Shown: piece after piece, positions 14,001-28,320 of the stretch
Layout: each line of letters starts with the position of its first letter
How positions within the stretch are numbered: position 1 is the stretch's first letter
NCBI GenBank assembly: GCA_040954595.2
Contig: CM082576.2
Span: 1,247,403 to 1,311,402 of the forward strand
Reading direction: 5' to 3'
Source of the DNA: Balanoglossus misakiensis
Lineage: Eukaryota; Animalia; Hemichordata
Length of the DNA: 64,000 nt
Position numbers and translations under genes: made by a program
The notes under the pieces: model-generated
Database searches by the model: none
What the model was told of the DNA's origin: nothing
Seen by the model: the letters and a program-made list of their open reading frames with translations, nothing else

Positions 14001-17000
14001 TGGGTTATAGCTCATGAAAATCATCCCAAAATGACGATTTTTCGACTTTGGGAAATTTCGAAATTTCTTCGATTTTTGATAGAAATCATGGGTTATAGCT
14101 CATGAAAATAATCCGAAAATGACAATTTTTCGACTTTGGGAAATTTCGAAATTTCTTCGATTTTTGATAAAAATCGTGGGTTATAGCTCATGAAAATCAT
14201 CCGAAAATGACGATTTTTCGACTTTGGGAAATTTCGAAATTTCATCATTTTTTGAAAAAATCATGGGTTATAGCTCATGAAAATCATCCGAAAATGACGA
14301 TTTTTCGACTTTGGGAAATTTCGAAATTTCTTCGATTTTTGATAAAAATCATGGGTTATAGCTCATGAAAATCATCCGAAAATGACGATTTTTCGACTTT
14401 GGGAAATTTCGAAATTTCTTCGATTTTTGATAAAAATCATGGGTTATAGCTCATGAAAATCATCCGAAAATGACAATTTTTCGACTTTGGGAAATTTCGA
14501 AATTTCTTCGATTTTTGATAAAAATCATGGGTTATAGCTCATGAAAATCATCCGAAAATGACGATTTTTCGACTTTGGGAAATTTCGAAATTTCTTCGAT
14601 TTTTGATAAAAATCATGGGTTATAGCTCATGAAAATCATCCGAAAATGACGATTTTTCGACTTTGGGAAATTTCGAAATTTCTTCGATTTTTGATAAAAA
14701 TTATTGGTTATAGCTCATGAAAATCATCCGAAAATGACGATTTTTCGACTTTGGGAAATTTCGAAATTTCTTCGATTTTTGATAAAAATCATGGGTTATA
14801 GCTCATGAAAATCACCCGAAAATGACCATTTTTCGACTTTGGGGAATTTCGAAATTTCTTCGATTTTTGATAAAAATCATGGGTTATAGCTCATGAAAAT
14901 CACCCGAAAATGACGATTTTTCGACTTTGGGGAATTTCGAAATTTCTTCGATTTTTGATAAAAATCATGGGTTATAGCTCATGAAAATCACCCGAAAATG
15001 ACGATTTTTCGACTTTGGGGAATTTCGAAATTTCTTCGATTTTTGATAAAAATCATGGGTTATAGCTCATGAAAATCACCCGAAAATGACGATTTTTCGA
15101 CTTTGGGAAATTTCGAAATTTCTTCGATTTTTAATAAAAATCATGGGTTATAGCTCATGAAAATCACCCGAAAATGACGATTTTTCGACTTTGGGAAATT
15201 TCGAAATTTTTTCGATTTTTGATAAAAATCATGGGTTATAGCTCATGAAAATCATCCGAAAATGACGATTTTTCGACTTTGGGAAATTTCGAAATTTCTT
15301 CGATTTTTGATAAAAATCATGGGTTATAGCTCATGAAAATCATCCGAAAATGACGATTTTTCGTCTTTGGGAAATTTCGAAATTTCATCATTTTTTGAAA
15401 AAATCATGGGTTATAGCTCATGAAAATCATCCGAAAATGACGATTTTTCGACTTTGGGAAATTTCGAAATTTCTTCGATTTTTGATAAAAATCATGGGTT
15501 ATAGCTCATGAAAATCATCCCAAAATGACGATTTTTCGACTTTGGGAAATTTCGAAATTTCTTCGATTTTTGATAAAAATCATGGGTTATAGCTCATGAA
15601 AATCATCCGAAAATGACAATTTTTCGACTTTGGGAAATTTCGAAATTTCTTCGATTTTTGATAAAAATCATGGGTTATAGCTCATGAAAATCATCCGAAA
15701 ATGACGATTTTTCGACTTTGGGAAATTTCGAAATTTCTTCGATTTTTGATAAAAATCATGGGTTATAGCTCATGAAAATCATCCGAAAATGACGATTTTT
15801 CGACTTTGGGAAATTTCGAAATTTCTTCGATTTTTGATAAAAATTATTGGTTATAGCTCATGAAAATCATCCGAAAATGACGATTTTTCGACTTTGGGAA
15901 ATTTCGAAATTTCTTCGATTTTTGATAAAAATCATGGGTTATAGCTCATGAAAATCACCCGAAAATGACCATTTTTCGACTTTGGGGAATTTCGAAATTT
16001 CTTCGATTTTTGATAAAAATCATGGGTTATAGCTCATGAAAATCACCCGAAAATGACGATTTTTCGACTTTGGGGAATTTCGAAATTTCTTCGATTTTTG
16101 ATAAAAATCATGGGTTATAGCTCATGAAAATCACCCGAAAATGACGATTTTTCGACTTTGGGGAATTTCGAAATTTCTTCGATTTTTGATAAAAATCATG
16201 GGTTATAGCTCATGAAAATCACCCGAAAATGACGATTTTTCGACTTTGGGAAATTTCGAAATTTCTTCGATTTTTAATAAAAATCATGGGTTATAGCTCA
16301 TGAAAATCACCCGAAAATGACGATTTTTCGACTTTGGGAAATTTCGAAATTTCTTCGATTTTTGATAAAAATCATGGGTTATAGCTCATGAAAATCATCC
16401 GAAAATGACGATTTTTCGACTTTGGGAAATTTCGAAATTTCTTCGATTTTTGATAAAAATCATGGGTTATAGCTCATGAAAATCATCCGAAAATGACGAT
16501 TTTTCGACTTTGGGAAATCGAAATTTCATCATTTTTTGAAAAAATCATGGGTTATAGCTCATGAAAATCATCCGAAAATGACGATTTTTCGACTTTGGGA
16601 AATTTCGAAATTTCTTCGATTTTTGATAAAAATCATGGGTTATAGCTCATGAAAATCATCCCAAAATGACGATTTTTCGACTTTGGGAAATTTCGAAATT
16701 TCTTCGATTTTTGATAAAAATCATGGGTTATAGCTCATGAAAATCATCCGAAAATGACAATTTTTCGACTTTGGGAAATTTCGAAATTTCTTCGATTTTT
16801 GATAAAAATCATGGGTTATAGCTCATGAAAATCATCCGAAAATGACGATTTTTCGACTTTGGGAAATTTCGAAATTTCATCATTTTTTGAAAAAATCATG
16901 GGTTATAGCTCATGAAAATCATCCGAAAATGACGATTTTTCGACTTTGGGAAATTTCGAAATTTCTTCGATTTTTGATAAAAATCATGGGTTATAGCTCA

Positions 17001-20000
17001 TGAAAATCATCCGAAAATGACGATTTTTCGACTTTGGGAAATTTCGAAATTTCTTCGATTTTTGATAAAAATCATGGGTTATAGCTCATGAAAATCATCC
17101 GAAAATGACAATTTTTCGACTTTGGGAAATTTCGAAATTTCTTCGATTTTTGATAAAAATCATGGGTTATAGCTCATGAAAATCATCCGAAAATGACGAT
17201 TTTTCGACTTTGGGAAATTTCGAAATTTCTTCGATTTTTGATAAAAATCATGGGTTATAGCTCATGAAAATCATCCGAAAATGACGATTTTTCGACTTTG
17301 GGAAATTTCGAAATTTCTTCGATTTTTGATAAAAATTATTGGTTATAGCTCATGAAAATCATCCGAAAATGACGATTTTTCGACTTTGGGAAATTTCGAA
17401 ATTTCTTCGATTTTTGATAAAAATCATGGGTTATAGCTCATGAAAATCACCCGAAAATGACCATTTTTCGACTTTGGGGAATTTCGAAATTTCTTCGATT
17501 TTTGATAAAAATCATGGGTTATAGCTCATGAAAATCACCCGAAAATGACGATTTTTCGACTTTGGGGAATTTCGAAATTTCTTCGATTTTTGATAAAAAT
17601 CATGGGTTATAGCTCATGAAAATCACCCGAAAATGACGATTTTTCGACTTTGGGGAATTTCGAAATTTCTTCGATTTTTGATAAAAATCATGGGTTATAG
17701 CTCATGAAAATCACCCGAAAATGACGATTTTTCGACTTTGGGAAATTTCGAAATTTCTTCGATTTTTAATAAAAATCATGGGTTATAGCTCATGAAAATC
17801 ACCCGAAAATGACGATTTTTCGACTTTGGGAAATTTCGAAATTTCTTCGATTTTTGATAAAAATCATGGGTTATAGCTCATGAAAATCATCCGAAAATGA
17901 CGATTTTTCGACTTTGGGAAATTTCGAAATTTCTTCGATTTTTGATAAAAATCATGGGTTATAGCTCATGAAAATCATCCGAAAATGACGATTTTTCGAC
18001 TTTGGGAAATTTCGAAATTTCATCATTTTTTGAAAAAATCATGGGTTATAGCTCATGAAAATCATCCGAAAATGACGATTTTTCGACTTTGGGAAATTTC
18101 GAAATTTCTTCGATTTTTGATAAAAATCATGGGTTATAGCTCATGAAAATCATCCCAAAATGACGATTTTTCGACTTTGGGAAATTTCGAAATTTCTTCG
18201 ATTTTTGATAAAAATCATGGGTTATAGCTCATGAAAATCATCCGAAAATGACAATTTTTCGACTTTGGGAAATTTCGAAATTTCTTCGATTTTTGATAAA
18301 AATCATGGGTTATAGCTCATGAAAATCATCCGAAAATGACGATTTTTCGACTTTGGGAAATTTCGAAATTTCTTCGATTTTTGATAAAAATCATGGGTTA
18401 TAGCTCATGAAAATCATCCCAAAATGACGATTTTTCGACTTTGGGAAATTTCGAAATTTCTTCAATTTTTGATAAAAATCATGGGTTATAGCTCATGAAA
18501 ATCATCCGAAAATGACGATTTTTCGACTTTGGGAAATTTCGAAATTTCTTCGATTTTTGATAAAAATCATGGGTTATAGCTCATGAAAATCATCCGAAAA
18601 TGACGATTTTTCGACTTTGGGAAATTTCGAAATTTCTTCGATTTTTGATAAAAATCATGGGTTATAGCTCATGAAAATCATCCGAAAATGACGATTTTTC
18701 GACTTTGGGAAATTTCGAAATTTCTTCGATTTTTGATAAAAATCATGGGTTATAGCTCATGAAAATCATCCGGAAATGACGATTTTTCGACTTTGGGAAA
18801 TTTCGAAATTTCTTCGATTTTTGATAAAAATCATGGGTTATAGCTCATGAAAATCATCCGGAAATGACGATTTTTCGACTTTGGGAAATTTCGAAATTTC
18901 TTCGATTTTTGATAAAAATCATGGGTTATAGCTCATGAAAATCGTCCGAAAATGACGATTTTTCGACTTTGGGAAATTTCGAAATTTCTTCGATTTTTGA
19001 TAAAAATCATGGGTTATAGCTCATGAAAATCGTCCGAAAATGACGATTTTTCGACTTTGGGAAATTTCGAAATTTCTTGATTTTTGATAAAAATCATGGG
19101 TTATAGCTCATGAAAATCATCCGAAAATGACGATTTTTCGACTTTGGGAAATTTCGAAATTTCTTCGATTTTTGATAAAAATCATGGGTTATAGCTCATG
19201 AAAATCATCCGAAAATGACGATTTTTCGACTTTGGGAAATTTCGAAATTTCTTCGATTTTTGATAAAATCATGGGTTATAGCTCATGAAAATCATCCGAA
19301 AATGACGATTTTTCGACTTTGGGAAATTTCGAAATTTCTTCGATTTTTGATAAAATCATGGGTTATAGCTCATGAAAATCATCCGAAAATGACGATTTTT
19401 CGACTTTGGGGAATTTCGAAATTTCTTCGATTTTTGATAAAAATCATGGGTTATAGCTCATGAAAATCATCCGAAAATGACGATTTTTCGACTTTGGGAA
19501 ATTTCGAAATTTCTTCGATTTTTGATAAAAATCATGGGTTATAGCTCATGAAAATCATCCGAAAATGACGATTTTTCGACTTTGGGAAATTTCGAAATTT
19601 CTTCGATTTTTAATAAAAATCATGGGTTATAGCTCATGAAAATAATCCGAAAATGACGATTTTTCGACTTTGCGAAATTTAGAAATGTTTTCGATTTTTG
19701 ATAAAAATCATGGGTTATAGCTCATGAAAATCATCCGAAAATGACGATTTTTCGACTTTGGGAAATTTCGAAATTTCTTCGATTTTTGATAAAAATCATG
19801 GGTTATAGCTCATGAAAATCATCCGAAAATGACGATTTTTCGACTTTGGGAAATTTCGAAATTTCTTCGATTTTGATAAAAATCATGGGTTATAGCTCAT
19901 GAAAATCATCCGAAAATGACGATTTTTCGACTTTGGGAAATTTCGAAATTTCTTCGATTTTTGATAAAAATCATGGGTTATAGCTCATGAAAATCATCCG

Positions 20001-20350
20001 AAAATGACGATTTTTCGACTTTGGGAAATTTCGAAATTTCTTCGATTTTTGATAAAAATCATGGGTTATAGCTCATGAAAATCATCCGAAAATGACGATT
20101 TTTCAACTTTGGGAAATTTCGAAATTTCTTCGATTTTTGATAAAAATCATGGGTTATAGCTCATGAAAATCATCCGAAAATGACGATTTTTCGACTTTGG
20201 GAAATTTCGAAATTTCTTCGATTTTTGATAAAAATCATGGGTTATAGCTCATGAAAATAATCCGAAAATGACGATTTTTCGACTTTGCGAAATTTAGAAA
20301 TGTTTTCGATTTTTGATAAAAATCATGGGTTATAGCTCATGAAAATCATC
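11036..20350 (-). repeat. 88-bp satellite array, right arm, reverse-complement orientation (about 106 monomers)
   Basis: From 11036 the sequence reads CATCCGAAAATGACGATTTTTCGACTTTGGG..., the reverse complement of the left-arm monomer, and continues to ~20350. Confidence 0.99.
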
Positions 20351-20470
20351 ATGAAAAATGTCCAAAATGACAAAATCACCAAATTTTCCAAAGTCGAGAA
20401 CTTCTCATCTGTCGACCGTTTTCATGAGCTATTACCCATGGAAAATGCCAAAAATGACAAAATAACCGAT
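20351..20470 (+). repeat. Diverged satellite-related monomer(s) in + orientation at the array edge
   Basis: AAATTTTCCAAAGTCGA (20381) and TTTTCATGAGCTATTACCCATG (20419) match the + monomer, and AAAATGACAAAAT recurs ~88 bp apart. Confidence 0.8.
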
Positions 20471-22629
20471 CAGATTGCCTTGTATATGTTTGTTATAATA
20501 CTCACCGAGGTTTGGGTTGTATGGTAAGCAGTACTGCGCCATTAACGACAGAGGATCAAAATACTTATAGTAAAACCACTAGACATAGAAATACGAAGTT
20601 GTCATGCATGTTATATTTTGCTAACATCTTGGCCCGACATCTTGGCCGAACTAAGATTGTTATTTCCGGACCAAGAGTCAATTTTTACACTACAAGATAC
20701 AAGTAATATCTTTCGTCATTTTCATATGGCATGCTTTGTCAGAGGAATGCTAAAATTGTCACCTATATGAACACAAATCGAACATTAGCCTGATAAATAT
20801 GAATTACATTCGGGAAAGGGCTTTGTATCGGATCCTTGGAACGTTTCGTTTATTCTGTACTCATTCCATATTACGAGGACAAAGTAAATTTTGGAAAGAC
20901 GATCGGAAAATTCGTCAAATCAGCTATCATTCGTGGGGAATCTATCAACTCGAACAGGTTGAAGGAAGAAATGAAGCGGAGTCTTGAAGGGGCAATGGCT
21001 GCGGCGTGGATGCCCCATGTGACTTGATGGCGAGACGAATGAAAGATGTTATCAAGACCGCCAAAGTATATACAGTAATAAATGAACGGAGATAGAGGAG
21101 AACAGGGATCGCTACGACCGGCAGACTGAAAATAAATAAGCATACGTCACTGACTGGTGCCAGTGATCTCCTAAAACTTGTCCAAAAAAGTTTCAGGACA
21201 CGCACTACAGCTTTCCTGAAATTGTTTTCATCAAAATACATAAACAATGCCAGTTGATATCTTAAATACAGGGAGTGACAGTTTCCATAACGACTGAGTG
21301 CAATGAAAATAGACGCATCCTTTGATTGGTTCTGTCGTTGTACATAAATCTTCTGGTACGAGTTTGCTAATTGGTCAAGGTGACTACTTGATTGGGATAT
21401 TTTTCGGTACCTTGAACTACCCAGTTCGCTCCAAACATTTTAACAAGTACGACAGCACGATTTACCGCTGGATTTCACTTGATTTGCCCTATCGTCACGG
21501 TTATTGGGTAAGTTGGGAGGGGCTTGCAATTAGATTGGATAGAAGCAATCTGGTTTAAATTACAACAAAACTGGCATGTTTTATCGTCTACATCTTCGGC
21601 CACCGGTATTATTTCTCAAGACATCGCCGAGGAGAATACACGAGTTCTAGCGGATGGTGCAAATGTTCGGGATGTGTTGATCAACGTGGCGTCATCATGA
21701 GTCGGACGCACTGAAGTGTGTCCGCTCTGTCACGATGCAGCTGCCTTCATGCGCCTATCGCCTGGTCACTCACCAATTTGACTGGCACCACGTTGTTTGT
21801 ACAAAACGGCATCTCTTCTAATTCCACGTTCTGTCGAGCGAGACTATCAAAACACATTAGTACATCCCCTAGAAAAACTTTGAAACATTACCGGCACCAG
21901 ATTTACCCACATGATTGTGACCCCGGGGAATTGTGGGTAAACTGTCCAGTTTGACTGGGTCTTCCCTGTATATACAAAAAGAAAAAAAAACTATTTCGAT
22001 AATTTACATCGCAAACACTTAACTTACCTGGTCTGATGTCACATAGCTGTCGGATTTTTGACGGCACTCACTCCAAGTCATTCCTTTGCTATTTGGTAAT
22101 GCTATAAATTTCAGATTTGGAATACTGTACCACCCATATCATAAAAGAAGAATTTGTGAAGTCAACATCAAAACAGCAGTATGATTTTATGATTTTTTTA
22201 AAAAAATAATTGTGTTAATATAAATTTTATTTATTCAATTGTTAACTTCTTATAATAGTTCAACGGCCCAATTATAAGTACATGTAAAGTCCATCTTTAT
22301 ATCGAACCAAAATTAAAAACGTATGGTTGATGGTTATCTTAACCAAGCACTGGTGGAATCGCAGGTTCTACACTTGAGATTAAGACAATTTATTATTGTT
22401 TTCAAGACAGACATGATGTAGTAAACGTCACCATGGTCTTTCTCAGAAGGTATTATTGTCCCTGCAGACTTGAGTGGCCGGTCTGGACATTGCAAGGTCT
22501 ACCCCACTGTTGCCTGTTATCGTATCTGAGTGGTTAAGTGGCCTGGAGAATTGTTAAGAGCGCATTCTCGCCACTTCCCCCTGTAGCGATGATTGTCTCA
22601 TCATATCAAATATAAAAAGGGCAATAATC

Positions 22630-22696
22630 AGACCCAATTACACAATAAACATACAGTGGTGACTAATATCAATAATAACATAGTTGACCAATCAGA
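22630..22696 (+). promoter_or_regulatory. CCAAT boxes upstream of HLX (putative proximal promoter)
   Basis: ACCCAATT (~22633) and GACCAATCAG (~22686) lie 200-260 bp upstream of the ATG; motif match only. Confidence 0.4.
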
Positions 22697-22896
22697 AGCC
22701 GTGCTATTGTTGCCCAGATCCTCCCACACGTTCTCAGGCCTTCCTACTCTCCTTCGTTTGGTTCTCATAAGAACTTTTTGCAACTGAAAGTCAGCGAGAA
22801 CGCCTCAACTAAGCGTTTTGACTCTATTTTTAGTGGAAGTAAAGTCAAGCTTTTTCCAAGTGTCCTGTTATTTTCGTCCCGGACGGAATTAGGAAC

Positions 22897-25800
22897 ATGT
22901 TGAGCAGCACGCACGCAGGCCACTTGCCGGTATTTTGTTCGCCGGCCTATCTGACACATCACCTTGGTGCTTTGCTGCCTTCAGATGCAGAAATCCCAGT
23001 AAAGCCGAGTAGATCCTTCGGAGTGGTGGACATTCTGCAGAGCCGAGAGCAAGACAAGTCCAGCAGAGAACAGAGAACACAACAGCTATTGGCCACCCAC
23101 TATGACCATGCTGCAAGTAACGACGAGGGCAGTGACTCTGGTGCCAAGGTTGTGCGTAGTCCGAACCACCACGCAATGGCCACTACCAATATCAAGTCAA
23201 TTCAACTCCGTTTTGGAATTGACAAGATTTTATCCGATGAAGTCAAACCCAGGAAGACAGTAAGGCATTCATCCAACGACAGTTTGGGTAAGTTTTCCGA
23301 GAACTCCGTATAGAAGAATCTGCCACACACTTCTTTCGTTCGCCAGGAAAATACCTACATTGAAACAAACAGAGCGAAAGTCGTTGTCTCGATTTCAGAG
23401 TAAAAGTATGAAAGCGGAAGATATACTCAAAACGTATTAGACGGGGTTTATAGAGGGTGATTGCTTTTTATTGGAATCTTTAAGGATTTGCAGAAATAAT
23501 AATCAAGTCCTTGACATCCGTGTATGATGTGCGGGCATTGCCGCGTGTTTTAGAGTATTTTCGCCTTTGTTCATCAACGTCTGTCATGGAAACTATTGAA
23601 TAATATATACCATGACCGTTGATTTCTCTAAATTTGAAGTTACATGTCGACTTAAAAACATTAGAACATCAGTGGTTTCGAGAAAATAATCTGTGTGAGG
23701 CGATTAGGGAACATTCAACAAGCAACAACTCCCCAAATCTATAAATTCATGGAGAAATACACTTGCCAATAAATGATGAACTTCGGAGACGTTCATTACA
23801 AACAAACTTAATAATCTTGAATTCTTGCAATTTCTTTTACTGTAATTACAGTCGAGATGAACGAGCAACCGAAACATACCAGTATGTGTGCATCACAGTC
23901 CAGTATGCTATATCCGGCTTTGGTCTCGGCCCAAGCGGCAGTGTTGTACCCGAACCCTGTCTACACACATCACGCGCACCCAGCTGAATCGTCACATCAT
24001 TACCATCATCCTATCTACAACGAACATAGCCATAGTTATCAAGGTAAATAGAATCATAAACGACAAAGAGATGTATCATTCACGAACATGAGTAAAATTG
24101 TTGAAAGGTTATTCTGCGCTTACCATATCCGCAGAAGAGTATTTGGGAAAAGTACTTGATATGAGACAACGTGTAGTGGACATTGCTACTCAATCGGTTG
24201 AATATCGGTGGGTCCCTTTGTATTTTCAATCTGGCAATAAATTTGATTGAAAGTGCTTGGCAACGTTGCCGGGGTGATGGCATTAGTTTATGAAACGGAA
24301 CAGCCTGGCGAAATTTTCAATATTTTCTTATTTTTCAGTCATTTCATCGAAGCATATCATGTCAGCCTACGCGCTACGTGCAACTGGTCTTCTACACCTG
24401 CGCCGATTTGTCGTGGGAATAGGGTGACTTAACCTTAGTTTCGTTACAGAAAGTTTGCTTAACGTGTTAGCTTTTGCAACAAAACGTGTCTGCCCAAACA
24501 GTAACTATTTAGTTTTGGCCAACAAGTTCGCTTAGCGCAACCGACATCACTCGTCGTAGCGATACCTAAGACGTCGCTTGCTTTGTTCGATCTCCAGCAA
24601 ACGTGTTTACTTTTGGCAGTGAAGTCTACACTCTCAAAATCGATTGACAGCTCAGCCAACTTTCACAGTCATATGTTTGGCCAGATAAGAGATTTTTCAC
24701 TTCCCCTCTGACGGTTGATGACAATAAAATCTTCGACATGGTTCATTATTGAAGTCATCAAAAGCAAAATGATCTGTGCAGAACTGCAGAATGAGGGAAA
24801 TCAAAGGACTCTCTTTGCGCGCATTTTACAGGACAGGAAACGAATGGTGTTGTGATAAAAACTTATTTCCGCGTTTTCTGTCAAATAATTTCGCTTTGAT
24901 GTGTTTATCAGTTCCTACTTTCACGACCTATAACAGTATACTTTATGAAACACATCTACACAGATGACTTAAAGTCCAGTATCATTGGAACACCATCAGC
25001 GAAGTTGTGAATTCATCAATGGACATATCAGTCAGCGAGGGGAAGTACACAACGCGCCAGTCTCTATGTGATAACTTCAAATTCTATCAAAAATATCCTG
25101 TGAATTGAACATGAAAAGCGGCGCGCGAGACGGATCCCGAGATTTTACACACAAAAATACACACGACGTTTCAGTCACAAAATTATTTATTCCACTCTCG
25201 ATAAATCCGGCAACAAAAACATTGAAAGACAGACAGGGGTCCATTCATGTTTTTGCGCTCCATCAGAAAACGGGAACCTTTCGCCAGTACGCCGTAAATT
25301 TGTCGAAATTTTACGACCAATGGTCGCATCGCGGGCCAATTTACGACATGTGTAGTTTCAATTTTCCTTTATGAGACTACTCACTGGAGGTTAAAATGAC
25401 ATTTTCGCTGCTATAAAAAGTAGAAATCACCATTCTTTGGATTCTTTCTCATTAAAAATAATGTCCTGATGAATCGTTTGTTGATTTTGAGGGGAACTGT
25501 TGGTTTTTAAAGCGTACACGTACCGACAACCTATGCCCTACTACATTTGGCAAATGGGGAAAGCGCGGTTGATCTATGCCTCTTTAGTTTAGGACAACCG
25601 TAAAGTTAGACTACTAGTAACTTGATTTTACTTCTAACCTGTAGAGAATCTAGAATATTCAGTGGGTTAGAGATAACTGTCGGGGATTCGCGATTTTAGG
25701 ACCGGAGAGATGGCGCGGCACTCAAGCAGAGAATTGACGAACAGAAACGAATCTTCATCAGAATAGGGGAAAATAAATATTGTAACCCGTCGACAAAAGT

Positions 25801-28320
25801 GATTTTCTCTTTATAATGAGATGTAAGGGAATCTCAGTACACAAGGACAAAATCTAAGCATGGCAGAAAATTGCTTCAAAACAGCCCGCCATTAGCAGAC
25901 TGTTCAGGTTGAATTTTGTAGTGACCGTCATGCGATTTGTCCATCAACAAAGAACAATCATCGCCATTTCCTGTCTTGGTCCTGGGTTGCGTGTCTTGCG
26001 GTCAACGAGACAGTGCCGTTGAGAACACTTAGTTTCAAGTAGTAAAATAGTTGGCCGTAAACACACCCATGTATATAATAACTGTAGACTGGGTAACTCC
26101 CTCCGAGGATCAAGTAAAATTAGTTGTTTTTTTCACGGGCGGGGTTTCATGTGTCCTCAATTTGGTTCCAAATAGTCGCATGTTTGTCGAACTTTCTTCA
26201 TTTCGAAATGTCTTCGATCATTTATTGAAATCAAACCGAAACACAGTGAAGTTGCGAATGCACATCAGGGAAGTATGATTCACATTTTCTTTGATCAGTT
26301 TCGTCCGTTTCGGGTGAAATAGCCAACAAAGTAACCGAATCATTTATTTATTACGCCTACACCAAATAAAATTTGAACAATTTTTATTTTACATGCAAAT
26401 ATACTTATGTCTCCCCTGTTGTTTTACCAATGTCACTTTGTATTTTTAATGTTTTTGTTCACGATGAGAATTTTTCGTTGCGATTTATGAAACACTAGTA
26501 ATCTTTGAAACAAATACAAACAATGATTTTACTTCTTCGCCATTTTTCAAATATACTCTGAGATCGTTTTTTGCCATGTCAACAGAAGATGGCATCCGCG
26601 TAGGATTTTTGTAATGGAAGTATGAAATGCAAAATAAAAATAAAACTCACAGATAACACGCCACTGTCTCTCTTAGCCCTGCTGTAAGAAACTGTTTATA
26701 AAGATGGGCGTATTTTCGTTGGATTCCAGTCCATAGTTCGGCCTCAAAATTCTACAATGACTGCAGGTCTCCGCGACTTCAGACCCTTTGCACTGCGCAG
26801 ACGCCGAACTCTGAACCTTAGCGATCCATCACAGTATATGTCCTTTTTGGAGGATTATTGAGAAGCGACACGTTTTTGTGATTATATAAAATGCAATATA
26901 ACTGTCAAACTAATTGCAAACTACCGGAAACCCTTGAAAAGATATTGCCATGAAACGCAAACGAGGATTTCTTCGATTGCCAGAATTCCTCTCACTCGTT
27001 GACTTCATCAGCAACAACGGGAAGATAGAACCCCCGCGGCCGTCAAACAAGTATTCCTCGGTTGCAAGGCTTTGGACGTTATGCTAAAAGTAGTTTCAAT
27101 GTATTTGGGTGATGATGTTTCCTATGCTTAGATCTAACTACCAGAAACTTTTAAATTCTGTGTAGCCAAGATTTATACAGTGTCGGTCTCAGAAATGCGA
27201 GCACTTCTGAGAAATCTGTGAAATCTAAAAGCATTTGTTTTTCTCATAGTTTTCGAATTTTCATTATGTTTGAATTGGGCGATCTCTTCTTTCAGATTTG
27301 TAATTTCGAAATCTCATAACGGAAATGCATGTTTGCCTGCTTATAAATGATATTATTATTTAATTTTTATTGAGACCTAGTAAAAGTGACCCCACAAACC
27401 CATCATCGTTGCTTCCCGCCTTGCCATTTTCTGTTTCTCAAAGAACATATTAACGATGAGGTTATGCCCTCTTGCAAACACAAAATGGGCGCCCCAACAT
27501 TTTGAATAACGTTTAATAGGAAGCACATTTCAAAACGCAATAACAGCGAAATAAATCAAGATTGATTCAAGGGAGATGATGGAGAGAGCGCCCCGCGATA
27601 TTTTCAGACATATTTGTTGTCAAACTTAATTAGTCTTCAAATAATTTCATATTATCAGGTCCCTACACAATGTTGACACAACACCACGAGAGCTGGAGAC
27701 CGATTTATTCGCAACAAACGCACACGAAACGGAAGAGGAGTTGGTCTCGAGCTGTTTTCACTAATTTACAGCGTAAAGGCCTAGAAAAGAGATTTGAAAT
27801 TCAAAAATATGTGACGAAGCCGGACAGGCGACAGCTGGCAGCGGCCCTCGGTCTCACAGATGCACAGGTAGGAATTTCTTGCGGTCAATCTTTCATTGAC
27901 TTCCATCTCTGTACATTGACTTTAGTGGATGTAATTAGAAGCAAATATCACTAAATAAACGTTTAGGTAAAGTGAAAATCACTCTAAACCTGTAGACTTA
28001 AAAAACACTTCCACGTCACGTTGTTCATCTGACCAAGTTTCCGTTCATCCAAGTATTCGGAATAGCCTACATACAGTCATTTGAAACGTCTTTTCCAACA
28101 GTTCTTTTTCTTGCTTTGTTTAACAACTCCGCAGGTGAAAGTCTGGTTCCAGAATCGACGCATGAAGTGGAGGCATTCTAAAGAGAGTCAACCCAAGAAA
28201 AACGCCGACGCTAAAGAAAGTGACAGCCAGGAACACAAAGAGAACACTGATTTATCGGACTCCGAAGATGACGAAAAATCTTCAGACAGGAAAGACCCAG
28301 AACAGATATGTGTTGAATAA
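22897..28320 (+). CDS. HLX: H2.0-like homeobox protein (HLX), 4 coding exons
   Basis: Exons 22897-23287, 23852-24043, 27659-27867 and 28135-28320, all GT-AG and in frame. Homeodomain [47 protein letters not shown]|[17 protein letters not shown] is characteristic of HLX. Also eh1-like motifs SFGVVDIL and [10 protein letters not shown], and GPYTMLT before the homeodomain. Confidence 0.97.

Noticed and set aside
1-20350. CRISPR array
   Set aside because: Monomers abut with no unique spacers, the context is eukaryotic, and there are no cas genes.
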